Below are positions 9,560 through 18,757 of a DNA stretch of 29,192 bases, piece after piece. The position numbers and the translations under genes were made by a program. Under the pieces are notes generated by a model. The model was not told the origin of the DNA and made no database searches. It was given only the letters and a program-made list of their open reading frames with translations. Where the stretch lies: positions 1 through 29,192 of the IMG/VR virus record IMGVR_UViG_3300020045_002701. One strand, written 5' to 3'. Source of the stretch: a virus (Duplodnaviria > Caudoviricetes). The first letter of the stretch is position 1; each line of letters begins with the position of its first letter.

Positions 9560-10212
9560 GCTTGCAACCCTTTCCAAGCTGTAACCATGTGAACAGCAAT
9601 AGGCCCACCAGCTACATCTTTATCAAACTCAGCAATGTAGATGATATTGTGGTAGTAGGCACCAGTGTCAAGATTGCAACGATGCTTTCCCACAAATGGC
9701 ACCTTCTGAGGAGTGTGACCATGCACTACATAACGATTAAAGATTGGGTAGTCATCACCACTACCAAACCTACTCCATTGTGTTACTTCTGGGTGTTGAT
9801 GTGCCAATGGCTTTTTGTCACTAATAGCCGCATGGACAAAAATACGATGATCGTCCCAAATGTAACGGGGGAGTTTTTTACAAAACTCAATATATTTTGT
9901 AGGGGGGTAGGTGTCTTTAAAAGATTGTAGGGCTTTATCTCCTCCATTATCCACCCACATACTATAGGCATGTTTATTATCTCGTGCTTCAAGCATCATG
10001 TCTTCGTGATTACCACGAATGATAGTCCATTTCCATCCTTCAGGAGGACCAGCCATTAGCTTGTCCAACACCCCTTTGCTATCTGGACCACGATCAATGT
10101 AGTCGCCAGTGAAGATGATCTCCCCACTGGCTTCTTTTGCTTCGACAGCTTCAATAGCTTTATTTAGGATGTTTAGGTTTCCGTGAATATCAGCTATTAC
10201 AAACTGTTTCAT
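9556..10212 (-). CDS. Calcineurin-like metallophosphoesterase (Ser/Thr protein phosphatase-like)
   Basis: DIHG, GDYIDRG, RGNHE, FVHA, HGHTP and LDTG motifs. Confidence 0.92.
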   Translation of the reverse strand: MKQFVIADIHGNLNILNKAIEAVEAKEASGEIIFTGDYIDRGPDSKGVLDKLMAGPPEGWKWTIIRGNHEDMMLEARDNKHAYSMWVDNGGDKALQSFKDTYPPTKYIEFCKKLPRYIWDDHRIFVHAAISDKKPLAHQHPEVTQWSRFGSGDDYPIFNRYVVHGHTPQKVPFVGKHRCNLDTGAYYHNIIYIAEFDKDVAGGPIAVHMVTAWKGLQA

Positions 10213-10913
10213 TACCAAGCTTCCTCATCTACGTCAGGAACATCTTTCAAGGCCTCGTCAGCGACCTTTACAGGGGCCTTCTCCTTTTTCTTGGTGGTAG
10301 GTGCCCCAGAAGCAAGAGCAGCCTCTAGAGGGCTTCCCTCGAAGTCTACGGCCCCCTTAGCTTCTTCTTGCAGCCAATCAGGCAACGAGTTGAACACCTC
10401 CATGTCAGGAGAATAGAAGTCGAAGATTTTTCCTTCGTTAACCAGAGGAGGGGCTTTAGCTGCCTCTTTAGGACGCATAGCAGAGACGGCTGCTACATTA
10501 TTATAAATCTTCCCTTTGCTTTCAGATTGTACCAACGTCACCATACAAGGACTGCCAAGAAGCTGTGCCCAATCACCACCATATTGGCTGTCAGCGTCAA
10601 GAGCATAATAACGCTTAGTGCTCTTAGCCAAATCTGCTTTAAGGGGGAAGAAGGGGAGGTCTTCACTAATCCACCGAGGCTTTTCAGGAATGTCGTTATC
10701 ATCCTCATCTTTCATAAACTCGTCCAACATCTCATACGTCAGACGAATTTTAAGGGAGGGGGCTTTCTCCTCACCTTTGTAAGGACGATTTTTCTGAACC
10801 CCCATCAGAAGGATTTGTACCAGACGTGCTGGATACGAACCAGCATCGAGAGGAGGGATTGGTTTAGCATTTGAGGTGCTAGGGAGTTTAGATGCGTTCA
10901 GGCCATTTGCCAT
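10212..10913 (-). CDS. Putative single-stranded DNA-binding protein
   Basis: Located beside the polymerase; OB-like core (AGSYPARLVQI...LLGSPCMV...YNNV) and an acidic tail ending in an aromatic residue (DVPDVDEEAW). Confidence 0.65.
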   Translation of the reverse strand: MANGLNASKLPSTSNAKPIPPLDAGSYPARLVQILLMGVQKNRPYKGEEKAPSLKIRLTYEMLDEFMKDEDDNDIPEKPRWISEDLPFFPLKADLAKSTKRYYALDADSQYGGDWAQLLGSPCMVTLVQSESKGKIYNNVAAVSAMRPKEAAKAPPLVNEGKIFDFYSPDMEVFNSLPDWLQEEAKGAVDFEGSPLEAALASGAPTTKKKEKAPVKVADEALKDVPDVDEEAW

Positions 10914-10938
10914 ATGTAGTTCCTTTTGTTATTAGTGA

Positions 10939-11442
10939 TTACCAATCAACATGAAAACTGACGGACTCTCCGTCATAGTATTCAGGATGATCTTTAACTT
11001 CTTCTAAGACAGCCCGTAGAAAAGTTTTAACAAACTCTGGTGTGCTTTCTTCTTCTATGTTGTCAAGGAGATTAAGATAATTAAGACCTCCTCTGCGTAG
11101 CTCACAAAAATCGTTATCAAGAAGCCAGTGCCAAACGTCTTGATACGGGATAAGGTCGTCTTGTCGCCGATACTTTGTATTAATCTCAATACGAAGAGCT
11201 ATTTCAGGGCTATCTTTAGACCAATCTTCTTGCTGTCCTTCGGGCTTATCTAAAACATACTCTTTTCCCCCAAACCCATTATCTTCCATCCATTGCTGCT
11301 TGTGAGTTTTTTGTTTGTCAAGACTTCCTTTTGAGTACTTCCCCGCCATATCCCGGAAATAAAACCCGTATTTTTTCTCAAGTTCATCTACGAAAGGGTG
11401 AAAGTCTAGTGCTTTTGGGTAGGTGTATTCTTTTAGCTGCAT
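10939..11442 (-). CDS. Hypothetical protein
   Basis: 167-aa ORF coupled to the polymerase stop (TGATG). Confidence 0.75.
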   Translation of the reverse strand: MQLKEYTYPKALDFHPFVDELEKKYGFYFRDMAGKYSKGSLDKQKTHKQQWMEDNGFGGKEYVLDKPEGQQEDWSKDSPEIALRIEINTKYRRQDDLIPYQDVWHWLLDNDFCELRRGGLNYLNLLDNIEEESTPEFVKTFLRAVLEEVKDHPEYYDGESVSFHVDW

Positions 11443-13322
11443 CAGTGAATCTCCGAATATCGTTTACCTACATGCGAGTCAATCGCAAGGGTGATGTTAA
11501 GTTTGAGTTTGTTATTAACAGCATCAATTGCTTCTTGTTGGAGAGCTTGCAACTTAGCTGCAAATCCTTCCTTTACTTCACTGATGCTTTCATCGTGGAA
11601 TTGTGCTGTTAGTTGAGGACGACGAAGACGGCATTCTCTGACCCAACTGTCAAAACAATAAACACCTGTTCCTTGGTTAAGTGTGGAAAAGCGATCTTTG
11701 TCATTACGAAGAGAATACCAGAACTTAGACACTGGGTTGTAAAGCCACATCTGACCGTTCACCTTCTTGGTGATACAATCCTCTGCCACTTTTTTAACAG
11801 CCCAATTACGTTTCCAATATTTCTCCAACATATCTTTAGCTTTAGCAACAGAACATTTAAGCTCTCTTGCAAGTTTCTTGGCTCCTACACCATACACACT
11901 TGAATAGTTAACCACTTTATAAGATTTACGTAATCCTGTTACAGATTGTATGACAGAAGATAGGTTTGAACCCAAGTCTTTGTCGTCTTTAAATTCTTTG
12001 TAAAGCTTAACATCTTCTGCTTCTACAGCACCTGCTCTAATAGCTAGGTCAAGGTGTGGATCAAAGGAGGGATCAGACATCTCATCTACATAATCTGGAT
12101 CATGGAAATACATGAAATGTCGTTTAGTGTTGTCTTCCAACGAAACCATGTCAGTGCCTACCAGTTCATAACCATCTCTAGCTACGAGGCAACCACGCAT
12201 CTCTTTCCCATAAGGTTTATTAATACCGGGAAGATTGACAATCTCAGTGTGCTTAAACCGAAGGGTGTTGGTAAATCCTTGCACCCTTGCCTTCAAGCAC
12301 CCCTCTTCGTCTACGTTTTCGAGGAATCCATTGAGAACACCAAGTCTGTGTTTAACAATGGAAAGCCCCTCAAGTTCCAATATGGCTGGCTCGTCTTCAC
12401 TAAGTGCGAGAACACTAGGGCAAATATCAGGGGATTGAGGAATTTTAATTTGAGGGATTTTACGTTCTGTACCATCATCTTCTTTCACAAATTTGAATGT
12501 TTCTGGTTCCCACCCCAAAGAGAACAACCAATCTTTGATTTGTTCTGGACTGTTGGGATTAGGCTCTTCTTCTTTCGCTAATACATATATAGGAGCATTA
12601 TGGGGCGGTGTCAACCCCTGATCCAATAAATGTTTTTGCCATTTAGCGCCTTCTACAGAAAGTGTCCCGTCTTTTTTATACGGTTTTGCTGGGGGACTCT
12701 TTAAAACACGTTTCTGCACCATAGGCATAGCGAGACGTAGAGCGTCAATACGAGGTTGTTGCTCAGCCTCTAGTCGTTCCTTAGCTTCCATGCACCAAGG
12801 AATGTCTAGCTTCCACTTACTACGTTCCTGTTCTCTCGCACAATCAAGCTTGAATTGCAGGTAGTTAACGATAGCTAGGGATTCAGGTTTGTCTGTATTG
12901 TATAGGGTTGAGAGGTAGGTTTTACATTTCTCCCACAAACGTTGGTTAATCTTAACATCTTCTTGACAACGGTGGACATACTCTGCGAGAGAGAGATTAA
13001 TCCAGTTGTCAATCTTAGGTTTCTCTACACCAAATTCCACCCCCCACCATTCAAGGCCATGCCTTTGTCTCTCAGGCCATAGATACCAAGAGAGAGCTAG
13101 TGTATCAATGATACGGGCTGTAATCTTAATTTTAAGAACACGCTCAAGCTGGGGAATGTCCCAGAGTGTGATGTTGTGCCCTACTAACACCTTCTGAGAG
13201 AGAAGCCATTCCTTCATCTCTTCGTGAGAGGTGAGCGAAATCACTTCGTCCCCCTCTTGGTACGAAAGGACGTAGAATTTAGATGGATATAGTCCGTCGG
13301 CCTCGCAGTCAAATACGCACAT
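11442..13322 (-). CDS. Family A DNA polymerase with 3'-5' exonuclease domain
   Basis: Exo motifs FDCEADG, GHNITLWD and CQEDV; motif A TDMVSLE; motif B RKSYKVVNYSSVYG; motif C FHDE. Confidence 0.95.
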   Translation of the reverse strand: MCVFDCEADGLYPSKFYVLSYQEGDEVISLTSHEEMKEWLLSQKVLVGHNITLWDIPQLERVLKIKITARIIDTLALSWYLWPERQRHGLEWWGVEFGVEKPKIDNWINLSLAEYVHRCQEDVKINQRLWEKCKTYLSTLYNTDKPESLAIVNYLQFKLDCAREQERSKWKLDIPWCMEAKERLEAEQQPRIDALRLAMPMVQKRVLKSPPAKPYKKDGTLSVEGAKWQKHLLDQGLTPPHNAPIYVLAKEEEPNPNSPEQIKDWLFSLGWEPETFKFVKEDDGTERKIPQIKIPQSPDICPSVLALSEDEPAILELEGLSIVKHRLGVLNGFLENVDEEGCLKARVQGFTNTLRFKHTEIVNLPGINKPYGKEMRGCLVARDGYELVGTDMVSLEDNTKRHFMYFHDPDYVDEMSDPSFDPHLDLAIRAGAVEAEDVKLYKEFKDDKDLGSNLSSVIQSVTGLRKSYKVVNYSSVYGVGAKKLARELKCSVAKAKDMLEKYWKRNWAVKKVAEDCITKKVNGQMWLYNPVSKFWYSLRNDKDRFSTLNQGTGVYCFDSWVRECRLRRPQLTAQFHDESISEVKEGFAAKLQALQQEAIDAVNNKLKLNITLAIDSHVGKRYSEIH

Positions 13323-13505
13323 TTACCACTCAGCCCAACCGGGGTAGAAAACCTCTGTTCCGTCTTTTAGATAGAATGGCTCATCACCACCTCCCATATC
13401 TTCTGTTGACATCTCTCCATCAGGAGTGGATACTAAACAACCACCACCCGGTAGATCATCAATAAAGAGGCACGTACATTTATTTGCATCTTTTGTAGAC
13501 CGCAT
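13323..13505 (-). CDS. Hypothetical protein
   Basis: GAGGA SD; abuts the polymerase start. Confidence 0.65.
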   Translation of the reverse strand: MRSTKDANKCTCLFIDDLPGGGCLVSTPDGEMSTEDMGGGDEPFYLKDGTEVFYPGWAEW

Positions 13506-13506
13506 G

Positions 13507-13692
13507 TTATTCCTCTTTCATTAACGAGTAGACATCAATCTCTCGTGCAATTTCTAGAATTGTCAGGTCATCATAAGAACGATCAGGACGATGAGAGTTT
13601 TCTCTAACCCAAGACTTAACATCCTCTAAAGTAGACACCCATTCATAGTGAGTTCCTTCATAAGGTACATTCCACTCAATCTTAAAGCTCAT
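13507..13692 (-). CDS. Hypothetical protein, paralog of 14221-14403
   Basis: AAGGA SD; shared PYE...T.E[DE]VK...EIDV..[LF]M pattern. Confidence 0.75.
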   Translation of the reverse strand: MSFKIEWNVPYEGTHYEWVSTLEDVKSWVRENSHRPDRSYDDLTILEIAREIDVYSLMKEE

Positions 13693-13695
13693 AGC

Positions 13696-13977
13696 TTATC
13701 CTTTGTTATTACTGTAGCACCTCTTACCAATGGAATAAGAGACCCAACTACCCTGCGTATAGTGGGCAATGGCAGCAGGATGATTTTTATTTACGTAGCT
13801 TGCGTTTTCTTGGTAGAGAGAAAGAGAACCGTTATCAAAAACCTTAACACTTTTTGCGTAATGTACTACAGTAGGTGTATGTACAAAATGTACAGAAACT
13901 CTTCTAGGTTTTGTCGTAGGTTTAAACTCAGATTCAGTTTTAGTCTTATTCCCAAAGAACCAGTTAAAAATATTCAT
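13696..13977 (-). CDS. Hypothetical protein
   Basis: Strong GGAGAGG SD; packed within the operon. Confidence 0.75.
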   Translation of the reverse strand: MNIFNWFFGNKTKTESEFKPTTKPRRVSVHFVHTPTVVHYAKSVKVFDNGSLSLYQENASYVNKNHPAAIAHYTQGSWVSYSIGKRCYSNNKG

Positions 13978-13987
13978 AATCCTCTCC

Positions 13988-14221
13988 TTACATATGATCA
14001 GCCAAATTAGTTTTTAGTGGGGCGAAGGTGAGGTGCCTTTGGTCAAAATAGTTTTTTACCGTCTCTAGACTATTAGACTTACAATGTCGGAAATAGCTTT
14101 CATCTTGATAACACGACATTGTATCCCCCAACCACAGGAATTTAGGCCTCTTAAACCAACCCCCTCTCACTTGAATACCAAAACTACCATCACTAAATTT
14201 TACAATACGTTCTTTAAACAT
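13988..14221 (-). CDS. Small protein with C-terminal motif variant (NLADHM)
   Basis: TAATG coupling; ends PLKTNLADHM*. Confidence 0.75.
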   Translation of the reverse strand: MFKERIVKFSDGSFGIQVRGGWFKRPKFLWLGDTMSCYQDESYFRHCKSNSLETVKNYFDQRHLTFAPLKTNLADHM

Positions 14222-14403
14222 TAATCTTTCTCCATAAATTCATTGACATCAATCTCTTGCACCACTTCGTACAAGGTGAAATATTGACTTTGAAAGCCCC
14301 AACCTGCTTTAGCTTTTCTTAGGTAGGCTTTTACCTCTTCTTCGGTGTCAAACTCCGATACGACACAATTTTCATAGGGACGAAATTCAGACAGGATGTA
14401 CAT
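14221..14403 (-). CDS. Hypothetical protein, paralog of 13507-13692
   Basis: Internal ATG at 14403 (MYILSEFRPYE...) gives a 60-aa protein that aligns end to end with 13507-13692. Confidence 0.65.
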   Translation of the reverse strand: MYILSEFRPYENCVVSEFDTEEEVKAYLRKAKAGWGFQSQYFTLYEVVQEIDVNEFMEKD

Positions 14404-14565
14404 ATTCTTCACACCCTTTGCTGAAATCTGAAAAGGCAATTGGTGGCTTGCCGGGAAGGTCTTTCCACCAACGTTAAGCTCCCTCTGTTCCTGAGAGAAA
14501 TTACGAAAGCACTTTGTATTAGTGCAATCTGATGCACAGAAGGTTTGGTCTTTAAAGCACATCAC
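14387..14565 (-). pseudogene. Cys-rich small protein, probably frameshifted near 14475
   Basis: MMCFKDQTFCASDCTNTKCFRNF... continues plausibly in another frame as RWWKDLPGKPPIAFSDFSKGCEEYVHPV* (14473-14387). Confidence 0.5.
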
Positions 14566-14852
14566 TTCTCAAATTCCTTCTTCAAAGCTTCGTACTGTTG
14601 ACGACGATAATCATCTTGTTTACGTTTGTCCAAATATTCTTTAGCCATTTCAGCTTCTGTTTGAAGACGTTCAAATTCTACAATCATTTTTACATTTGTG
14701 TCTCCATAATCATCATACACCTCAAAATCAATACGAGTTTCCTCTGGATATTGTTCTGCCAGTGTTGTAAGTTTTTTAATGGCATCTTTAATTTTCAAAT
14801 ATCGAACAGAACTTGTAATATTTTCTGAGACGTATTTCATTTTAGGTTTCAT
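14562..14852 (-). CDS. Hypothetical protein
   Basis: Likely start MKPKMKY at 14852; charged helical C-terminus. Confidence 0.7.
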   Translation of the reverse strand: MKPKMKYVSENITSSVRYLKIKDAIKKLTTLAEQYPEETRIDFEVYDDYGDTNVKMIVEFERLQTEAEMAKEYLDKRKQDDYRRQQYEALKKEFEK

Positions 14853-15303
14853 TATCAAATCCCATTCTATATCGTTGCACAATTTTTCTAACATTACCTT
14901 GTTGCTCTTTACTAATGTCAGCAGTTTCTGCTAACGAATAACCAAGGACAAGGTGCAAAACCAAAACACGCCGATGCGCTACATTCTTAACCTCATCAAG
15001 GGTTTTAATCAAAGATTGATCTTCATGATACGCAAAGTCTCCTGAATCTAAATAGTCCATTACATCTACAGTGAAGGGTTGTCGTTTGATAGAGCGTTTA
15101 TGATTCCACATAACAGAGAAGAGGATGGAATTAAACCACCCTTTTAGTGGTCCTTTAGTTGGGTCATACTGGTCTAGTTTTGAGAAGGCTTTAACGAAAG
15201 CCTCTTGAACCAAGTCCTCTGCCATAGCATAGTTACGTAGGTAGTAGTTGATTTTGTATACGTAGCCTTTACGTCCTGTTTTGTATAGGTGTTCTAAGGT
15301 CAT
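14842..15303 (-). CDS. ECF-like RNA polymerase sigma factor
   Basis: Region 2 AEDLVQEAFVKAF...YDP.KG.LKGWF; region 4 HTH (RRVLVLHLVLGYSLAETADI...NVRKIVQR). Confidence 0.88.
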   Translation of the reverse strand: MTLEHLYKTGRKGYVYKINYYLRNYAMAEDLVQEAFVKAFSKLDQYDPTKGPLKGWFNSILFSVMWNHKRSIKRQPFTVDVMDYLDSGDFAYHEDQSLIKTLDEVKNVAHRRVLVLHLVLGYSLAETADISKEQQGNVRKIVQRYRMGFDNET

Positions 15304-17003
15304 GCTTCCACAAACCTCCCTGTTGCTTTGTTATAGAACAAACTGTATTTACCGCTAGAACCCCACACCCGATCCTCGAGCACTCTAAGCTCTCTCGTAT
15401 CTCTAACACTCTCCTCCAAGTCAGGGTCTTTATTCCCCAACAGAGCAAGCATTAGGTGGGCAGAACGTTGCATAGCTCTCGAACCAGCAAACTGTGACGA
15501 GTAGACACTTCCTCCCATTTCGTGTGAGCAATTACCCAAATCGACATATTGTTCTTTCTTGTAATATTGTTGACGTTTATCCTCTGCAATTTGTCCCTCT
15601 GCTGCCTTTAGGTGACAGAAGACGAAAGCTGTAAATTTCAGGTCAGCTGCCATAGCTGAAAGCTCCTGAGAGAAGGCTTGTAGCATAGTGTTAGCTTCCC
15701 CAGAGTTTACACCATTAGACAGTGACGTGATAGGATCAATAAACACAGCCTTTACACCTTCACCAGCAGCTTGCTGAATGTCTTTCTTCAACGTGTCCCA
15801 ACCAAGATATTGATAAAGATTAAGCATGAAAAGCTTGTCTTTCATAATAGCACCAGCACGATCATAGGCTTCTTCATCAAACTTAATCTCTGGGTCGTGG
15901 AAAATCTTTCCTGTAAGTTGATTAGCTAGAAGTTTGTACGTGGTGTCATTAGGTTCTTCTGGGCAAGCCATAAATACCTTAGCGTCATGGTTTTGCATGA
16001 AGTGGGCACCAAGAGCATTCTTCATTGTCGTCTTACCCATCTTAGTACCAGCCCCTAGATAGATAGTTTCTCCAAGACGAATGCCTCGCAAGTCTTTATT
16101 CATACGTGTCCAAGGCCACGACAGTTCTCCCACCTTAGCAGGCTCCTTAGCCTTCTCATGGATTTCTGCTGCTGTAACAATACGGGTGTTCTTAGGGGCC
16201 TCTGCATGGAAAGCTAGGGCATTATAGGCAGCCTTAGACTTACCTTCCATGAGGGCTTGGTTTGCGTCTTTAGTAGGCAGTTTAACACTCTTGGCTGTGG
16301 GGATAGCTAACATAGCTTTCTCAACGGCTAGGTGTCCTGCTGCATCATCATCAAAACATAACACCACCTCTTTAAATAGGCGACGAATATCTTCTGAATG
16401 TTTATTCAGTGTACGTTTAGCTGAGGCACTTCCATGAGGAAGAGACACAACAGCAGGTTTGTAATCGTCTTTACCATACATTTCATAGAAACGGGATACA
16501 GAGGCCATATCTTCTGGCCCCTCTGTGATGATTAGACGATAAGCTCCACTTGACTTAGCATTTACCCAGTTAAGAAGATCACAATCTTTAGTGTCTCCCA
16601 TGTTGAATGGTGGACGGCCTTTATCAAGAATTTTAACATGATAGCCTGTAAGTTTTTCGTTCTTAGTCACAGGCCAATAGATAGCTGTAGGTGTTTTACC
16701 ATCTGTCTCAGACACAGACACCTTAGCATCAAAATCTTCTAATGTAGCTGCCCTAAGTTTACGCTGTGGGACATCTAGTGTTTGGTAGCCGTCAACCTCT
16801 GCAATCTCAGCAGCAATCTCAGCCTCTGTCTTTTCTCGTCGCTTTGGTAGATCAGAGACAGTGCGATTATCGCCGTATGGGTTAGGCACAGGTTTGTGGC
16901 AGAAGAAACAAAAACCGTCCACTGTCCCATCATCTTGTGCGAAAACCTTTAATGCTTTTCTTGTTCCACATGAATGCGGAAGTGAATCAATTTGTATTCC
17001 CAT
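15300..17003 (-). CDS. DNA primase-helicase (T7 gp4-like)
   Basis: Zn-binding N-terminus (HSCG...FCFFC); TOPRIM ITEGPED and CFDDD; Walker A GAGTKMGKTT; FIDP. Confidence 0.95.
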   Translation of the reverse strand: MGIQIDSLPHSCGTRKALKVFAQDDGTVDGFCFFCHKPVPNPYGDNRTVSDLPKRREKTEAEIAAEIAEVDGYQTLDVPQRKLRAATLEDFDAKVSVSETDGKTPTAIYWPVTKNEKLTGYHVKILDKGRPPFNMGDTKDCDLLNWVNAKSSGAYRLIITEGPEDMASVSRFYEMYGKDDYKPAVVSLPHGSASAKRTLNKHSEDIRRLFKEVVLCFDDDAAGHLAVEKAMLAIPTAKSVKLPTKDANQALMEGKSKAAYNALAFHAEAPKNTRIVTAAEIHEKAKEPAKVGELSWPWTRMNKDLRGIRLGETIYLGAGTKMGKTTMKNALGAHFMQNHDAKVFMACPEEPNDTTYKLLANQLTGKIFHDPEIKFDEEAYDRAGAIMKDKLFMLNLYQYLGWDTLKKDIQQAAGEGVKAVFIDPITSLSNGVNSGEANTMLQAFSQELSAMAADLKFTAFVFCHLKAAEGQIAEDKRQQYYKKEQYVDLGNCSHEMGGSVYSSQFAGSRAMQRSAHLMLALLGNKDPDLEESVRDTRELRVLEDRVWGSSGKYSLFYNKATGRFVEA

Positions 17004-17015
17004 TTAGTTCCTTTA

Positions 17016-17261
17016 TTACATATAATCTTCTAAGTCTACTTCTTCTTCCCTACAAGGGACAAAGTATTTAATTTTGGTACAAGCTTCACATTTCCCATCT
17101 AAAGACTTAAATGTCGCTACCTCTTTGTCCCATGAAGAAACGTTAGAGAGTACCCAAACAGCCTTGTCCCAATCAATATTGTGCCTATTAAAGTAGTCCT
17201 CATGGGACTGCCTATTAACCTCCCCGCACAGGGACATCATAAACTTATACTTTACAACCAT
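17016..17261 (-). CDS. Small tagged protein (ends DLEDYM), family A
   Basis: AAGGAG SD; C-terminal motif; similar to 17252-17491. Confidence 0.8.
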   Translation of the reverse strand: MVVKYKFMMSLCGEVNRQSHEDYFNRHNIDWDKAVWVLSNVSSWDKEVATFKSLDGKCEACTKIKYFVPCREEEVDLEDYM

Positions 17262-17491
17262 TCTGACAGCTCCTTTGTTGGAACAACGAGGTGGAAATAG
17301 GACATCTGTGTATATAACTCTCTACCTGTTTTCTCGTCTTTGACAAAAACTTGGAAGGAGTTTTTATATTTCACATCTGCAACCCAGACCACATTTTTCC
17401 AATCTACTCCATAGTCTTTAAACCACTCAAGATAAATCTCTTTTGTATAGTTGTCTTCTATAAGGTCGATATCAAATTTTAATCTAAGCAT
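17252..17491 (-). CDS. Small tagged protein (ends ELSEWL), family A
   Basis: GGGAG SD; C-terminal motif. Confidence 0.8.
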   Translation of the reverse strand: MLRLKFDIDLIEDNYTKEIYLEWFKDYGVDWKNVVWVADVKYKNSFQVFVKDEKTGRELYTQMSYFHLVVPTKELSEWL

Positions 17492-17494
17492 GTC

Positions 17495-17764
17495 TCACTC
17501 CCAATGTTCTAAAGGTTTAGGATTTAAAAATGCCAACTCTGAGCTATCTACAGCAACAGAGGGATCACCAAAAAAGTCTGAGGGGGTTGCAAGAACAATT
17601 TCAAAAGGGAAATTTGTCCCATCTTGTACAACCCTCTTAATTACAACAAGTTGGTTTGTGTTTTTCTCGCCTCTTCTCCAATCCCCTAGATAAATATCTG
17701 TGGACAAAACCCCCAGAAAAATAAGCTGATCCCCCACTTTAGGAATGTGGTCTCCAATGCTCAT
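17495..17764 (-). CDS. Small tagged protein (ends KPLEHWE), SH3/KOW-like, paralog of 18754-18999
   Basis: IGDHIPKVGD...ELAFLNP. Confidence 0.8.
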   Translation of the reverse strand: MSIGDHIPKVGDQLIFLGVLSTDIYLGDWRRGEKNTNQLVVIKRVVQDGTNFPFEIVLATPSDFFGDPSVAVDSSELAFLNPKPLEHWE

Positions 17765-17765
17765 A

Positions 17766-18023
17766 TTACATCCACTCCTCTAAATTTGTTTTAGTTTCCA
17801 ACTTAGTCAAATCATCCCTACGAAGTAGAAAATCTAACCTAAGTTTGTCCTCATCATAAACCTTAATCCCAACCCTGTTTTCAAAAGATGGCTCATTATA
17901 CCTCTGAGGGTCTTTAACCTCAAACACTGTGTCAAACGACACACCCACCGCTGGGAGCCACTTTTCGTATTGGGCATAACGTCCATTTCTTACCACCTTA
18001 TTGATATCAATTTTTACGAGCAT
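17766..18023 (-). CDS. Small tagged protein (ends NLEEWM), family A
   Basis: C-terminal motif; Y..WL..VG pattern. Confidence 0.8.
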   Translation of the reverse strand: MLVKIDINKVVRNGRYAQYEKWLPAVGVSFDTVFEVKDPQRYNEPSFENRVGIKVYDEDKLRLDFLLRRDDLTKLETKTNLEEWM

Positions 18024-18024
18024 G

Positions 18025-18270
18025 TCACATCCAGTCTTCTAACGGTTTAGCTGACAATGGGAGTAGCACTTTTCTGTACCAATTGTATGTTTTGTCCTCA
18101 ACACCTGCAATCACTGTGCCCCCATTAAACCCCCCAGAATCAACTAGAGTTTGATTTCTTCCCAGTGTGAGGATAACATCAGGAGTCCAACCAACACTAC
18201 TCAGCCAGTGTAGGTAAGCTTTTTCTTCATGAGCCTCCTTAATCACATCCCAATTAATTATCACTCGCAT
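18025..18270 (-). CDS. Small tagged protein (ends KPLEDWM), family A
   Basis: TAATG coupling; C-terminal motif. Confidence 0.8.
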   Translation of the reverse strand: MRVIINWDVIKEAHEEKAYLHWLSSVGWTPDVILTLGRNQTLVDSGGFNGGTVIAGVEDKTYNWYRKVLLPLSAKPLEDWM

Positions 18271-18545
18271 TACATGTAATCCTCTAGGTTAACTGGTGTA
18301 GAAATAACGGGCCTCAGTTCACTTTCATGCATACGATAATGCCAACTTCCTCGCTGTTTTCCATTGTCTTTTACCATTATGCAGGTGTACACACCTTCTT
18401 CTGGCCCCCAGCGGTTTTCATGTCCGGGAACATGACGGATAACTTTATAAAGACGTTTCTCTCCGTCTCTAAAAGCCCTGTACTGAGCTTCCCACCCAAA
18501 ATAATTATCCGCCACCACTTCTACAAGTGTTCCATTTGGAAACAT
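18270..18545 (-). CDS. Small tagged protein (ends NLEDYM), SH3-like
   Basis: Start MFPNGTLVEV at 18545 (TGATG overlap); ends ...HESELRPV and then the motif. Confidence 0.8.
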   Translation of the reverse strand: MFPNGTLVEVVADNYFGWEAQYRAFRDGEKRLYKVIRHVPGHENRWGPEEGVYTCIMVKDNGKQRGSWHYRMHESELRPVISTPVNLEDYM

Positions 18546-18757
18546 CACATCCAATCCTCTAGTGATTTAACTTCTACACCCCGTTCAAAGAACTCCTCTA
18601 ACCAAACTCCACCCACCTCTTTAAATACAACTTCTGGGGAGTTATAGGTTAACACAGTTACGGGTTGATTAGGGAGAATCCAAGCTTTTTTACAATAGGT
18701 GGTCCAACCCCCATCTTCATACCTTTTCCCCCTAAACCATTTTTCACCAACTTTCAC
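18545..18757 (-). CDS. Small tagged protein (ends SLEDWM), SH3-like
   Basis: GTG start overlapping the upstream stop; MKVGEK. Confidence 0.8.
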   Translation of the reverse strand: MKVGEKWFRGKRYEDGGWTTYCKKAWILPNQPVTVLTYNSPEVVFKEVGGVWLEEFFERGVEVKSLEDWM

